Below are positions 10,144 through 19,428 of a DNA stretch of 64,000 nt, in pieces. The notes under the pieces were generated by a model. That model ran no database searches. It saw nothing but the letters and a program-made list of their open reading frames with translations, and was not told the origin of the DNA. Source of the stretch: an uncultured Spirochaetota bacterium (GTDB lineage Bacteria > Spirochaetota > Spirochaetia > SZUA-6 > CAVTHK01); the NCBI GenBank assembly GCA_963734495.1, contig CAVTHK010000011.1, positions 736,001 to 800,000 on the forward strand. Direction: 5' to 3'. A program made the translations under genes and the position numbers. Numbering within the stretch: the stretch's first letter is position 1; every line of letters starts with the position of its first letter.

Positions 10144-10980
10144 ATGAAACATGCCGAGGGAAGCTGCCCCGGCTACCGGGGAGTCGGTCTCTTCTGCCAG
10201 ACCTGGAGCCCCGAGGAGACGGAGAGGACCGGCGCGTCGGCTGTGTTCGTGCACGGCATCGGCGACCACGGCGGCCGCCACCTGCGCCTCTTCGAGGCGC
10301 TCGTCGCGGCGGGCCTTACGGTCGTGGCGCCGGACATGCGCGGGCACGGCCGCTCGCCCGGCCAGCGCGGGCACATCGACTCCTGGGACGACTTCCGCGA
10401 GGACCTCGACGCGGTCGTCGAGCAGGCCGCGTCGAGCCGGCGCGGGGCCGGCGTCTTCGTCATCGGCCACAGCCTCGGCGGCCTGATCGTCCTCGAGTAC
10501 GCGCTGAAGCGGCCCGAGCGGCTGCGCGGCGTCGTGGCGATGTCGCCCGCGCTCGCCCTCGACGGGATCCCCCGCTGGCAGATCGTGGCCAGCCGCGCGC
10601 TCAACCGCATCGTGCCGCGCTTCTCGATGAAAGTGGGTCTCGATTCGGGCGGCATCTCGCGAGATCCCTCGGTCAAGGAGGCGGACGACGTGGACCCGCT
10701 CGTGCACAGCCTGGGGAGCGTGCGGCTCGGCGTCGAGGTGCAGAAGGCGCTGGAGTGGACGCTCGCCCACGCCTCCGAGCTGAGGGTCCCGCTCCTGATC
10801 GTGCACGGAACCGCGGACACGGTCGTGCCTCCCGCCGCGAGCCTCGCCTTCTACGAGCGGACCACGCTCGCGGACAGGACCCGCATCGAGTACCCGGGCG
10901 GCTACCACGAGCTCGACAACGACTACACCCGCGACAAGGCGCTCCCGGACATCAGCGCCTGGATCGCCGCCCGCGTTTAG
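10144..10980 (+). CDS. Alpha/beta hydrolase (lysophospholipase/monoglyceride lipase type)
   Basis: HGIGDH, DMRGHGRS, GHSLGG nucleophile motif, HGTAD, YHEL. Confidence 0.85.
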   Translation: MKHAEGSCPGYRGVGLFCQTWSPEETERTGASAVFVHGIGDHGGRHLRLFEALVAAGLTVVAPDMRGHGRSPGQRGHIDSWDDFREDLDAVVEQAASSRRGAGVFVIGHSLGGLIVLEYALKRPERLRGVVAMSPALALDGIPRWQIVASRALNRIVPRFSMKVGLDSGGISRDPSVKEADDVDPLVHSLGSVRLGVEVQKALEWTLAHASELRVPLLIVHGTADTVVPPAASLAFYERTTLADRTRIEYPGGYHELDNDYTRDKALPDISAWIAARV

Positions 10981-11082
10981 GCTCCCGCTTGCGCGGTCCG
11001 CACCCTGCCGGACCCGCGGCCTCCGGCTTCCTCCCCGCCGGACTTCTCGCTCTCGACGGGCCGCAGATGCTATGCTTGCCGC

Positions 11083-12534
11083 ATGAAACCCGGAGCCCAC
11101 AGGGCCTTTGCGCGCGACGCAGCGATCGTGGCGCGCGCGCTCGCGGCCTACTACGCCGAGTCGGCCTCCGGCCGGATGCCGGTCATCCGGCAGGCGCCGA
11201 TGGAGGAGATCATCTCCGAGCTCGAGCTGCGGCGCCTGGTCGAGCGCGGCGGGCTCGGCGGACGTGAGCTGCGGCGGTTCGTGAGACGCTACCTCTCGCA
11301 CACCACGCGGCTGCATCACCCGGCCTACATGGCCCACCAGGTCGCGGTCCCGCACCTGTCCGGGGCGCTCGCCTCGATGATCGACGGCTTCACCAATAAC
11401 GCGATGGCGATCTACGAGATGGGGCCCGCGGCGGCGAGCATCGAAGCCTTCGTGCTGGACTGGCTGATCCGCAAGGTGGGGTGGGAGCCCGCGCCGCTGC
11501 AGCGGGCCGCGGGCGACGCGGGCCCGGGCGCCGCCGGCGTGCTGACCCACGGCGGCTCGCTCGCGAACCTCACCGCCCTGGTCGCGGCGCGGACGCGGCT
11601 TGCGCCCCGCGTCTGGGAAGAAGGCAGCCCCCACGACCTCGCGCTGCTCGCGCCCGAAGGCAGCCACTACTCGATCGCCCGCGCGGCGGGCATCCTCGGC
11701 CTCGGCTCGCGCGCCATCTACGCGCTGGAGACCGACGAGCGCGGGGTCATCCGCGTCGACCGCCTCCCCGCGGCCCACGCGAGGATGACGTCGGACGGCC
11801 GGCGGGCGATCGCCCTCGTCGCCAACGCCTGCAGCACCGCGGTCGGCCTCTACGACCCGCTGCTGGAGACCGGCGAGTTCTGCAGGTCCGCCGGCATCTG
11901 GATGCACGTCGACGGCGCCCACGGCGCAAGCGCGCTGCTCAGCCCGAAGCAGCGCCGCCGGCTCGAGGGCATCGGGCTCGCCGATTCGATCGTCTGGGAC
12001 GCCCACAAGCTCCTGCGCACGCCCACGCTCTGCGCCGCGGTCCTCGTCCACGACGGCCGCGCCCTGGATGCCGCCTTCCACCAGGAGGCGAGCTACCTCT
12101 TCCACGAGAAGGAGCAGCCGGGCTTCGACTTCATCCACAGGACCGTCGAATGCACCAAGGCCGGCCTGGGCCTCAAGCTGTTCTTCGTGCTCGCCGCCAT
12201 GGGAGAGAAGGGGGTGGCCGAGTACCTCGACGGCGTCGTGGACCTCACGCACGACGCGTGGCGCCTGATCTCGGCGCAGCCGGACTTCGAATGCCCCGTC
12301 GAGCCCGAGAGCAACATCCTGTGCTTCCGCTACACGGGGTCGGGCGACGACGACGCCCTCCCGATCGCCCTCAGGGACGCGCTGATCGCCTCGGGCGAGG
12401 ACTACCTCTCCACGACCGTCTTCCGCGGCCGCCGCTACCTGCGGATGGCGCTCATGAACCCTGCCACCGCGATCGCCGACATCGAGGCGCTGCTCGCGCG
12501 CATCCGCAGGGCCGCGGCCGCGAGCCGCTCATGA
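11083..12534 (+). CDS. Group II PLP-dependent decarboxylase (DAB/aromatic amino acid decarboxylase-like)
   Basis: HPAYMAHQ, GGSLANL, HVDGAHG, DAHK Schiff-base lysine. Confidence 0.85.
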   Translation: MKPGAHRAFARDAAIVARALAAYYAESASGRMPVIRQAPMEEIISELELRRLVERGGLGGRELRRFVRRYLSHTTRLHHPAYMAHQVAVPHLSGALASMIDGFTNNAMAIYEMGPAAASIEAFVLDWLIRKVGWEPAPLQRAAGDAGPGAAGVLTHGGSLANLTALVAARTRLAPRVWEEGSPHDLALLAPEGSHYSIARAAGILGLGSRAIYALETDERGVIRVDRLPAAHARMTSDGRRAIALVANACSTAVGLYDPLLETGEFCRSAGIWMHVDGAHGASALLSPKQRRRLEGIGLADSIVWDAHKLLRTPTLCAAVLVHDGRALDAAFHQEASYLFHEKEQPGFDFIHRTVECTKAGLGLKLFFVLAAMGEKGVAEYLDGVVDLTHDAWRLISAQPDFECPVEPESNILCFRYTGSGDDDALPIALRDALIASGEDYLSTTVFRGRRYLRMALMNPATAIADIEALLARIRRAAAASRS

Positions 12535-13361
12535 GCGGCGGCGAGACGGTCGAGAGCTTCGTGGCGAGGACGCTTTCGTCGCGGAAGTACCGGGGCATCG
12601 CGCCGGAGACCGTCCGCGACGTCGTCGCCCGCGAAGTCGGCCGCGGCGGCGCAGCGGCCGACGCAGCCGCGCGGGCAAAGCTGCGCCTGCACCGGCTGTG
12701 GGCCGGTTACCTCGGCGAGCCGGACCACGAGGAGGCGGCGCGCAGCCTCGTGGGCGCGTTCACGGCGGGGGCGGGGGGCGACGCCGCGGTTCGCGCGGCC
12801 TGCCTTGCCATCATGGCGAGGCACCAGTCCTCCCGCGAGCGGCTGGGCGAGCTGGAGGCCTTTTACCGTTCCGTGTTCGGCGTCACGGGCCGCCCGCGCG
12901 CGCTGCTCGATCTCGCGTGCGCGGTCAACCCTCTCGCGTGGCGCTGGATGGGGCTGGAGCGCGGCGCGAAGTACCTCGCCTACGACATCAACGGCCGCAC
13001 GGTCGATCTGGTGACGCGCTACTTCGCCTTCGAGGGAGTGGCCGGCCGCGCCGAGCATCGCGACGTGCTGGTGCGCCCGCCCGACGAGCCCGGCGACGTC
13101 GCCCTGCTGCTCAAGATGTACCACTGCCTCGAGCACCGCCGCCGCGGCGCCGGCTGGGAGGCGGTGGCGGCCGTGCCGGCGGCGTGGGTCGTGATCTCCT
13201 TTCCCACGCGGAACCTGGCCTCGCGGCGCGCCGACATCATCGGCAACTACGAGCCGGAGATCCGGGCCGCGGCGGCCGCGCGCGGCTGGCAGGTCGCGCA
13301 GGCGGGAGTCGCGAGCGAAACCGCCCTCATCGTGCGAAAGGAGCCGCCGTGCTCTACGTGA
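12531..13361 (+). CDS. Arm/Rmt (FmrO)-family 16S rRNA m7G1405 methyltransferase homologue 1
   Basis: SRKY, KLRLH, HQSSRER, LDLACAVNP, YDI, DVALLLK, VISFPTRNL; ATGA overlap with upstream gene. Confidence 0.8.
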   Translation: MSGGETVESFVARTLSSRKYRGIAPETVRDVVAREVGRGGAAADAAARAKLRLHRLWAGYLGEPDHEEAARSLVGAFTAGAGGDAAVRAACLAIMARHQSSRERLGELEAFYRSVFGVTGRPRALLDLACAVNPLAWRWMGLERGAKYLAYDINGRTVDLVTRYFAFEGVAGRAEHRDVLVRPPDEPGDVALLLKMYHCLEHRRRGAGWEAVAAVPAAWVVISFPTRNLASRRADIIGNYEPEIRAAAAARGWQVAQAGVASETALIVRKEPPCST

Positions 13362-14098
13362 TCGGCACGCCCATCGGCAACCTCGAGGACACGAGCTACC
13401 GCGCCGTGCGCGTGCTCGCCGAGTCGGACGCCCTCGCCTGCGAGGACACGCGACAGACGCGCAAGCTCCTGCAGCGATACGACGTGCCGGTGCCCCGCCT
13501 TCTCCTTTCGTACCACGAGCACAACGAGGCCGAAGCGGGCGAGCGGATCCTCGGGCTTCTCGCCGAGGGGCTCAAGGTCGCGCTCTGCTCGGACGCGGGC
13601 ATGCCGGGCATCAGCGACCCCGGCTACCGGCTGATCGCCGCCTGCCGTGAGCGGGGCCTCGAGGTCGAGGTGATCCCCGGGCCCGACGCCGTCTCGACCG
13701 CCCTCGTGAGCTCGGGGCTGCCGACGTCGAGCTTCACCTTCAAGGGCTTTCCTCCTCGCAAGAGCGGCCAGCGCCGCCGCTTCCTCGACGCGGAGCGGGA
13801 GTCGCCCCACACGCTCGTGCTCTTCGAGTCGCCGCACCGGCTGGGCGCGCTGCTCGACGACGCGCTCGCCGTGCTCGGCAACCGCCTGGCCGCGGTCTGC
13901 GTCGAGCTGACCAAGATGTTCGAGCAGGTCGACCGCGACCACCTCGCCGCGCTCGCGGACCGCTACCGCGACACTCGGGTCAAGGGCGAGATCACGGTCG
14001 TGATCGCGGGGAACAACCCCAAGTTCCTCGGAGTGGAAATTGAAGGCGACCAGGCGGCCGACGACCGCGACGACGCCGAAGACGACCAGCGCGCCTGA
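13349..14098 (+). CDS. rsmI: 16S rRNA C1402 2'-O-methyltransferase
   Basis: LYVIGTPIGNLED, ACEDTR, SDAGMPGISDPG, FESPHR, ELTKMFE. Confidence 0.92.
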   Translation: MLYVIGTPIGNLEDTSYRAVRVLAESDALACEDTRQTRKLLQRYDVPVPRLLLSYHEHNEAEAGERILGLLAEGLKVALCSDAGMPGISDPGYRLIAACRERGLEVEVIPGPDAVSTALVSSGLPTSSFTFKGFPPRKSGQRRRFLDAERESPHTLVLFESPHRLGALLDDALAVLGNRLAAVCVELTKMFEQVDRDHLAALADRYRDTRVKGEITVVIAGNNPKFLGVEIEGDQAADDRDDAEDDQRA

Positions 14099-14101
14099 GG
14101 C

Positions 14102-14926
14102 TCAGGACCTGCGGGGGATCGCAAGTCGCTCGCGCGCCTCGGCCGGGGAGGCGACGTCGAGCCCCATTTGCCGGACCAGCGACACCGCCCGCTCGACCAG
14201 CGCCGCGTTGCTCGCCGCGACGGCGCCGGGCGCGTGGAACCCGCTGTCCTCGTAGCCCACGCGGATCGCGTCGGCGCCCAGCGCCGCCGCCGCGGCGAGC
14301 AGGGTGAGGTCCTCCATGCCGTGATGGATGATGCCCCAGCGCGCCCCGGCGGGCAGGAGGCTCGCGAGGAAGAACAGGTGCGAGGCCGAGGCGCTCAGGG
14401 CGCCGCGGAACCCGAAGCACAGACCGAAGAACTGGGGAAGAGGCAGCAGCCCCTCGTCCCGGATGATTTTCACGTTGTCGATCATCCCCGCCTCGAAGAT
14501 CTCGAGCTCGGGCGCGACGGATCGCTCCTTCATGCGGCCCGCCCAGTAGCGGATCTCGGGGAGCGTGTTGATGTAGACGCCGTCGTCGAAGTTTGCGGAT
14601 CCCATGTTCAGCGATGCGCATTCGACCCGCGGCTCGGCGAGGCCCGCGCACCGCTCCTCGAGGCTGAGGGTCGTGACTCCGCCGGTCGAGACCTGCAGCA
14701 CGATGTCGCTGCCGGCGCGGATCAGGTCCAGCGTCCTCGCGAAAGGCGCGAGGTCCGCGGTCTGCCGGCCGCCGCCGTCTCGGACGTGCAGGTGCACGAG
14801 CGACGCTCCCGCGTTCGCGGCGTCGACCACGGCGCGGGCGACTTCCTCCGGGCTCACGGGATTGCGAGCGCCGGGCGGCAGATTCCCGCCCACAGGGGCG
14901 ACCGCCACGATCACCTTCTTCGGCAT
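14102..14926 (-). CDS. Beta-keto acid cleavage enzyme (BKACE/DUF849)
   Basis: PVSPEE, GASLVHLHVRD, STGG, SLNMGS, PELEIFE, RVGYED. Confidence 0.85.
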   Translation of the reverse strand: MPKKVIVAVAPVGGNLPPGARNPVSPEEVARAVVDAANAGASLVHLHVRDGGGRQTADLAPFARTLDLIRAGSDIVLQVSTGGVTTLSLEERCAGLAEPRVECASLNMGSANFDDGVYINTLPEIRYWAGRMKERSVAPELEIFEAGMIDNVKIIRDEGLLPLPQFFGLCFGFRGALSASASHLFFLASLLPAGARWGIIHHGMEDLTLLAAAAALGADAIRVGYEDSGFHAPGAVAASNAALVERAVSLVRQMGLDVASPAEARERLAIPRRS

Positions 14927-15175
14927 AGGGCCTCCGCGCCTGCGCGCAATGTAGGGAGATGCGGCCGAACCAGTCAACGACGACGTCCGCTCGGCGCGGG
15001 GGGGAGTGCCGCGCTATTCAAAAGAGCCGGAAATTCGAATTCACGCGGACGGAATTTCCCGTCTATCTGAATGGCAGGGCATTGTCTCATGGGCCCGAGC
15101 GGGGCGCGGGGGGCGCCAGGCGGCCGCGCGTGGCGCTTGACCAACGCGCCGATATCCCCCTCTCATCAACACTCG

Positions 15176-16249
15176 ATGGCTGCCTCGCTTCGCAGGCTCG
15201 AGACCCGCCACGGCGCGCTCGCGCTCCCGGCGTTCCTGCCGGACGCTACGCGCGCTGTGGTGCGCGCGCTGGATTCCGCCGACCTGGAAGCAGTGGGCGT
15301 CGAGGCCGTCATGGTGAACACTCTCCACGTGGCCTCGCATCCGGGCCTTTCCGTGATCAGGGCGGCGGGCGGGCTGCACGCGTTCATGGGGTGGAAGGGC
15401 CCGGTCGCCACCGATTCGGGCGGCTTCCAGGTCTTCTCTCTCCTGGCGGGCGGGCTGGCCGAGGTGTCCCCCCGTGGGTTCAGCTACCGGACCGCGCGGG
15501 GCGCCGAGAAGGAGAGGCTCTCCCCCGAGAGCTGCATCCGCATGCAGCTGCGCGCGCAGTCGGACCTGCTCTTCTGCCTCGACCACTGCACCGGGCCGGG
15601 CGCGTCCGCCGAGGAATTGCGGCAGTCGGTGGACAACACCGTGCGCTGGGCGCGCGCCTGCCGGGACGCGTTCGACGCCGCGACCGAGGCGTGGGAGCGC
15701 AAGCCGCTGCTGTTCGCCGTGATCCAGGGCGGGAGCGACGCGGCCCTGAGGCGGGAGTGCGCCGATCGCCTCATCGAGATCGGGTTCGACGGCTTCGGAT
15801 TCGGCGGGTGGCCGATCGAGGGGACGGGCCTGAGCGAGATGGTGGCCGCCACCGCGGAGATGGTGCCGCGTGGCGTCCCCTTGCACGGCCTCGGCATCGG
15901 GAAGCCCGAGAACCTCGTCCGCGCCCGCCGCGCGGGCTACTCCCTGTTCGACTGCGTCATCCCGACGCGGGACGCGCGGCACGGCCGGCTCTTCGCGTTC
16001 GCGGGCCCGCCGGCGCGGCTCGACCTCGACGCGGCGGACTTCTACAGGCCGCTCTCCCTGGAATCGCCGCGGCTTCGCAGGGACGGATCGCCCATCGAGG
16101 AGGGATGCGACTGCCCATGCTGCCGCAGGTACAGCCGCGCCTACCTTCATCATCTATACTCGATCCGCGACGCTTCGGCCGCTCGGCTGGCCACGCTGCA
16201 CAACCTGCGCTTCTACGCGAGGCTCATCGAGGCGCTGCGCCGTGAGTGA
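15176..16249 (+). CDS. tgt: tRNA-guanine transglycosylase family protein (divergent)
   Basis: TDSGGFQ, LDHC, IQGG, FDCVIPTRDARHG, CDCPCC zinc site, LHN. Confidence 0.8.
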   Translation: MAASLRRLETRHGALALPAFLPDATRAVVRALDSADLEAVGVEAVMVNTLHVASHPGLSVIRAAGGLHAFMGWKGPVATDSGGFQVFSLLAGGLAEVSPRGFSYRTARGAEKERLSPESCIRMQLRAQSDLLFCLDHCTGPGASAEELRQSVDNTVRWARACRDAFDAATEAWERKPLLFAVIQGGSDAALRRECADRLIEIGFDGFGFGGWPIEGTGLSEMVAATAEMVPRGVPLHGLGIGKPENLVRARRAGYSLFDCVIPTRDARHGRLFAFAGPPARLDLDAADFYRPLSLESPRLRRDGSPIEEGCDCPCCRRYSRAYLHHLYSIRDASAARLATLHNLRFYARLIEALRRE

Positions 16250-17051
16250 CGCGGCGCCAGGCGGGGAGGCGCGGCTCGTCGAGGATCTGCGCGGTTCGCG
16301 GAAGTACCGCTACGTCTGCGACGCGGCGCTCTCGCGCGTGGCGCGCTGGGCGCTCCGGCGGGCCGCGACGGCCGCGGCCGCATCACAGCTCGCGCGGCGC
16401 AAGCTGCACCAGGTGTACGGCGCCTATGTCCGGCCCGAGGAGCACAGGGCCGTCGAGAAGGAGCTCGCGACGCTGCCCGCCGTGCCGTCCGCGGACGAGG
16501 CGCGAGCCGTCTGCCGGCGCGTGCTCGGCCTGCACGCCTCCACGCGCGAGCGGCTGCCGATCCTGGACCGCTGCTTCGTCGACGTGTTCGCGGCGACGGG
16601 CCCGCCGCGGTCCGTGCTCGACGCCGCCTGCGGGCTCGGGGCGTTCGCGCTTCCCTGGATGGGGCTCGCGCGCGACGCCGCCTACATCCCGCTGGACATC
16701 GACACGCGGCTCGCGGACTTCGGCAACCGCCTGCTCCTCCTGCTCGGCAGGGAACCGGCCGCGCGCTGCCTCGACCTGCTCGGCGACGAGCCGCTTCCAG
16801 AGGCGGACGTGACGCTTCTGCTCAAGACGGTCCCCTGCCTCGATCGCCAGGATGGCGGAGCCGCCGCCGCGGTTCTCGGCCGCATCCGTTCGCGCGCCGT
16901 GGTGATCTCGTTCCCCCTCAAGTCGCTCGGGGGCCGCGAGCGCGGAATGCGGGCGCAGTACGACCGCCGCATCCGCGAGCTGCTGCGCGGCGGCGACCTG
17001 CAAGAGCTCGCGTACCCGGGCGAAGTCTTCTACGTGTGGAGCAGGGGTTGA
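16242..17051 (+). CDS. Arm/Rmt (FmrO)-family 16S rRNA m7G1405 methyltransferase homologue 2
   Basis: SRKY, RKLHQVYGAY, HASTRER, LDAACGL, LDID, DVTLLLKTVPCL, ISFPLKSLGGR; GTG overlaps the tgt stop. Confidence 0.85.
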   Translation: MSDAAPGGEARLVEDLRGSRKYRYVCDAALSRVARWALRRAATAAAASQLARRKLHQVYGAYVRPEEHRAVEKELATLPAVPSADEARAVCRRVLGLHASTRERLPILDRCFVDVFAATGPPRSVLDAACGLGAFALPWMGLARDAAYIPLDIDTRLADFGNRLLLLLGREPAARCLDLLGDEPLPEADVTLLLKTVPCLDRQDGGAAAAVLGRIRSRAVVISFPLKSLGGRERGMRAQYDRRIRELLRGGDLQELAYPGEVFYVWSRG

Positions 17052-17070
17052 CCGCGCCGGGGGATGTCGA

Positions 17071-17730
17071 CTATCGCCGGAAGACGCGGATCTCCCAGCC
17101 GCGGGCGCGCGCCTCTTTCCTGAGCCGGCCGTCGGGGTTGGTCGCGACCGGGTGGCCCACCGCCTCCAGCAGCGGGAGATCGTGGATGCTGTCGGAGTAG
17201 AACGAGCACTGCTGCGGCTTGAACCCCGCCCTGCGTATGTGCTCGAGGACTTTGATCCTCTTCTTGTCGCGGAAGACCGGCCCGTCCAGGAAACGCCCGG
17301 TGCTGAGGCCGTTCACGAACTCGAGCGAGCTCGCGATCAGCCCGGTCCCGAGCCATTCGGCCAGCGGCTGGACGATGATGTCGATCGACGAGGTGGCGAG
17401 GATGACGGAGCGGCCCGCGGCCTTGAGCCCCGAGATCAGCTCGCGTGCCTCCTGGTAGACGTCGTCGCGCAGCTTCTTCTCGAAGCAGATCCGCGCCACC
17501 TCCTCGAGGTAGCTGCGCTCGGTGCCGGCGAGACCGGGGAAGTCCTTCTGGAACGTCTTCTGCGAGCTCATCTCGGTAAAGCGGTAGCGCAGGTAGAACA
17601 CGGGGATCTTGAGCAGGTTCTTGCGGGGGAACAGCCCCAGCCGGACGCCGAGAACGATGTAATGACGCGGCGACGAGCCGCGCAGAAGGGTGTGGTCGAC
17701 GTCGAAGAAATCTATCCCCTGACGGAGCAT
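17071..17730 (-). CDS. HAD-IB family phosphatase
   Basis: FFDVDHTL, ATSS, K, YSDSIHDLPLL motifs. Confidence 0.85.
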   Translation of the reverse strand: MLRQGIDFFDVDHTLLRGSSPRHYIVLGVRLGLFPRKNLLKIPVFYLRYRFTEMSSQKTFQKDFPGLAGTERSYLEEVARICFEKKLRDDVYQEARELISGLKAAGRSVILATSSIDIIVQPLAEWLGTGLIASSLEFVNGLSTGRFLDGPVFRDKKRIKVLEHIRRAGFKPQQCSFYSDSIHDLPLLEAVGHPVATNPDGRLRKEARARGWEIRVFRR

Positions 17731-17815
17731 GTTTCTCCCCAACTTACCCGGCTTTCGCAGTCCGCGTCAAAGCAGCGACGCGCACCGGCACCCCGGTCCG
17801 CCGCCTGCGCCGGCC

Positions 17816-18004
17816 CTATAGGGGCGCCCTGCAGGGGAAGAAGCGGAGCTCGCCGTTGGGGTTCTTGTCCCCGCAGGGGTGAGACTCGTTGGCGTCGGCG
17901 TGGCACTCGTAACAGAACCCCCAATCCACGACCTGATCGCCGCGCAGCAGGAGCCCCGTGATCGCGGCCTGCGCCGCGGCCCGGACGGGCGCCGCCGTCT
18001 TCAC
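17816..18004 (-). CDS. Small ORF with CxxCH motif (possible cytochrome c fragment)
   Basis: GTGA overlap with cyclase stop; sequence WGFCYECHADANESHPC. Confidence 0.35.
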   Translation of the reverse strand: MKTAAPVRAAAQAAITGLLLRGDQVVDWGFCYECHADANESHPCGDKNPNGELRFFPCRAPL

Positions 18005-19428
18005 GCGCGCGTCCCTTCGCTGTCGAGGACGTAGACCCGCTGCGGGTCCTGTTTGCCTTTGACGCGGATGCTGTACGGGCCTCTCGCGCGGACCCTGCCG
18101 CCCGCGGCGCGCCGTGTCGCTTCGGACACGATCACCTGGCCCGCCTGGGCGGCGCCGCACAGCCGCGCGGCGAAATTGACGTGATCCCCGATGACGGTGA
18201 AGTCCGCGCGCTTCTCGCTCCCGATCGCGCCGAGAACCACCTCGCCGGTGTCGATGCCGACGCCCACGGCCAGCCCGCCGTAGGCGCTCCCCCCCTCCCT
18301 CCTCACCTCGCGCTGGATCTCAGTCGCCGCGTGGCACGCCTGAAACGCCTGCTCCGGCCCGGAGAACAGGGCGACCACCTCGTCGCCCACGTATTTGTCC
18401 ACGTCGCCGCCGCACTTGTGGATGATCTCCGTCTGGACGTTGAGGATCCGGTTCAGCGACTCGACGACCTCCTCGGGCGCTCGGCGCTCGCTGAAAGCGG
18501 TAAAGCCGCGCACGTCGCTGAACAGCATGGTCAGCTCGGCCATGGCCCCCTTTTCCCTGTTCTTGATCGACTGCAGGGTCGAGGAGGAGACGAACCTGGA
18601 GAGCTCGAAGCGCTCGTAGAGGCCCTGGATCATCTCGTTGATCGTGTCGCCCAGGACCCCGATCTCGTCTTTGCTGCGGATCGCGACGCGGACGTCGAAC
18701 TTGCCGCCCGTGACCAGGGAGCACACGTCGCCGATCTGCTTGACGGGGTTGATGATGGAGCCGTGCATGTATGCCGTGAGGATCGCGGCCAGCGCCACCA
18801 CCAGGCCCACGAACATGGCCGCGGAAACGAGGATCTTGTCGCGCTGCTCGACCAGCAGCGGGCTCAAGTCCGCGCGGATGCGGATGACCCCCCTCACCGT
18901 GTGGTCGCTGCCGTGGCATTCCGCGCACTCAGGCAGGTTCAGAAGCGGGTCGTAGATGGTGACGGTCCACCTTTCGGTCGTGATCGCCTCGGACGTGTTC
19001 CTGCGCGCCTCGGCGACGGACAGGCCGAACATGGCGTCGCCCGGCGGGATCCCGGCGGGGCTGGCGGGCAGGCTCGTCTTGTCCTTGAACGAGTCGCGTC
19101 CGAGATTCCGGTTGACCACCGCGATCGTCGTGTTGTCCGAGAACGCCTCCACGCCCGTCGCGCGGAAGAGCTGGATGTCGTAGGCCGGGTTCGCCGTGCT
19201 GATGTCCTTGAGCAGGGAGACCGCGATCGGCGCCTCTCCCGGCAGCATCGCGTTCTTGATCGCCTGATAGAGGAGCGCGGCCTGCTGTTCCAGGCCCTGC
19301 CGGGTCGACCGCGACAGGTCCCTGATGCCACGATCGGAGAGGAAGGTGATCACCGCTCCCACGCCGATCACGAGACTGAGAATGATGATAAGGTTCACCT
19401 TGCGAGTGATCGGAGTGACCCGGCGCAT
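18001..19428 (-). CDS. Membrane class III adenylate cyclase with periplasmic CxxCH sensor and HAMP domain
   Basis: TM-periplasm(CAECH)-TM-HAMP(DEIGVLGDTINEM)-FSDVRGFT, KYVGDE, GDHVNFAARL. Confidence 0.88.
   Translation of the reverse strand: MRRVTPITRKVNLIIILSLVIGVGAVITFLSDRGIRDLSRSTRQGLEQQAALLYQAIKNAMLPGEAPIAVSLLKDISTANPAYDIQLFRATGVEAFSDNTTIAVVNRNLGRDSFKDKTSLPASPAGIPPGDAMFGLSVAEARRNTSEAITTERWTVTIYDPLLNLPECAECHGSDHTVRGVIRIRADLSPLLVEQRDKILVSAAMFVGLVVALAAILTAYMHGSIINPVKQIGDVCSLVTGGKFDVRVAIRSKDEIGVLGDTINEMIQGLYERFELSRFVSSSTLQSIKNREKGAMAELTMLFSDVRGFTAFSERRAPEEVVESLNRILNVQTEIIHKCGGDVDKYVGDEVVALFSGPEQAFQACHAATEIQREVRREGGSAYGGLAVGVGIDTGEVVLGAIGSEKRADFTVIGDHVNFAARLCGAAQAGQVIVSEATRRAAGGRVRARGPYSIRVKGKQDPQRVYVLDSEGTRA

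Noticed and set aside
15176-16249. DpdA-type DNA 7-deazaguanine modification system (tgt plus distant queD-like gene)
   Set aside because: No dpdB/C or other dpd genes; the protein keeps bacterial tRNA-TGT motifs; the PTPS gene belongs to a separate cluster 28 kb away
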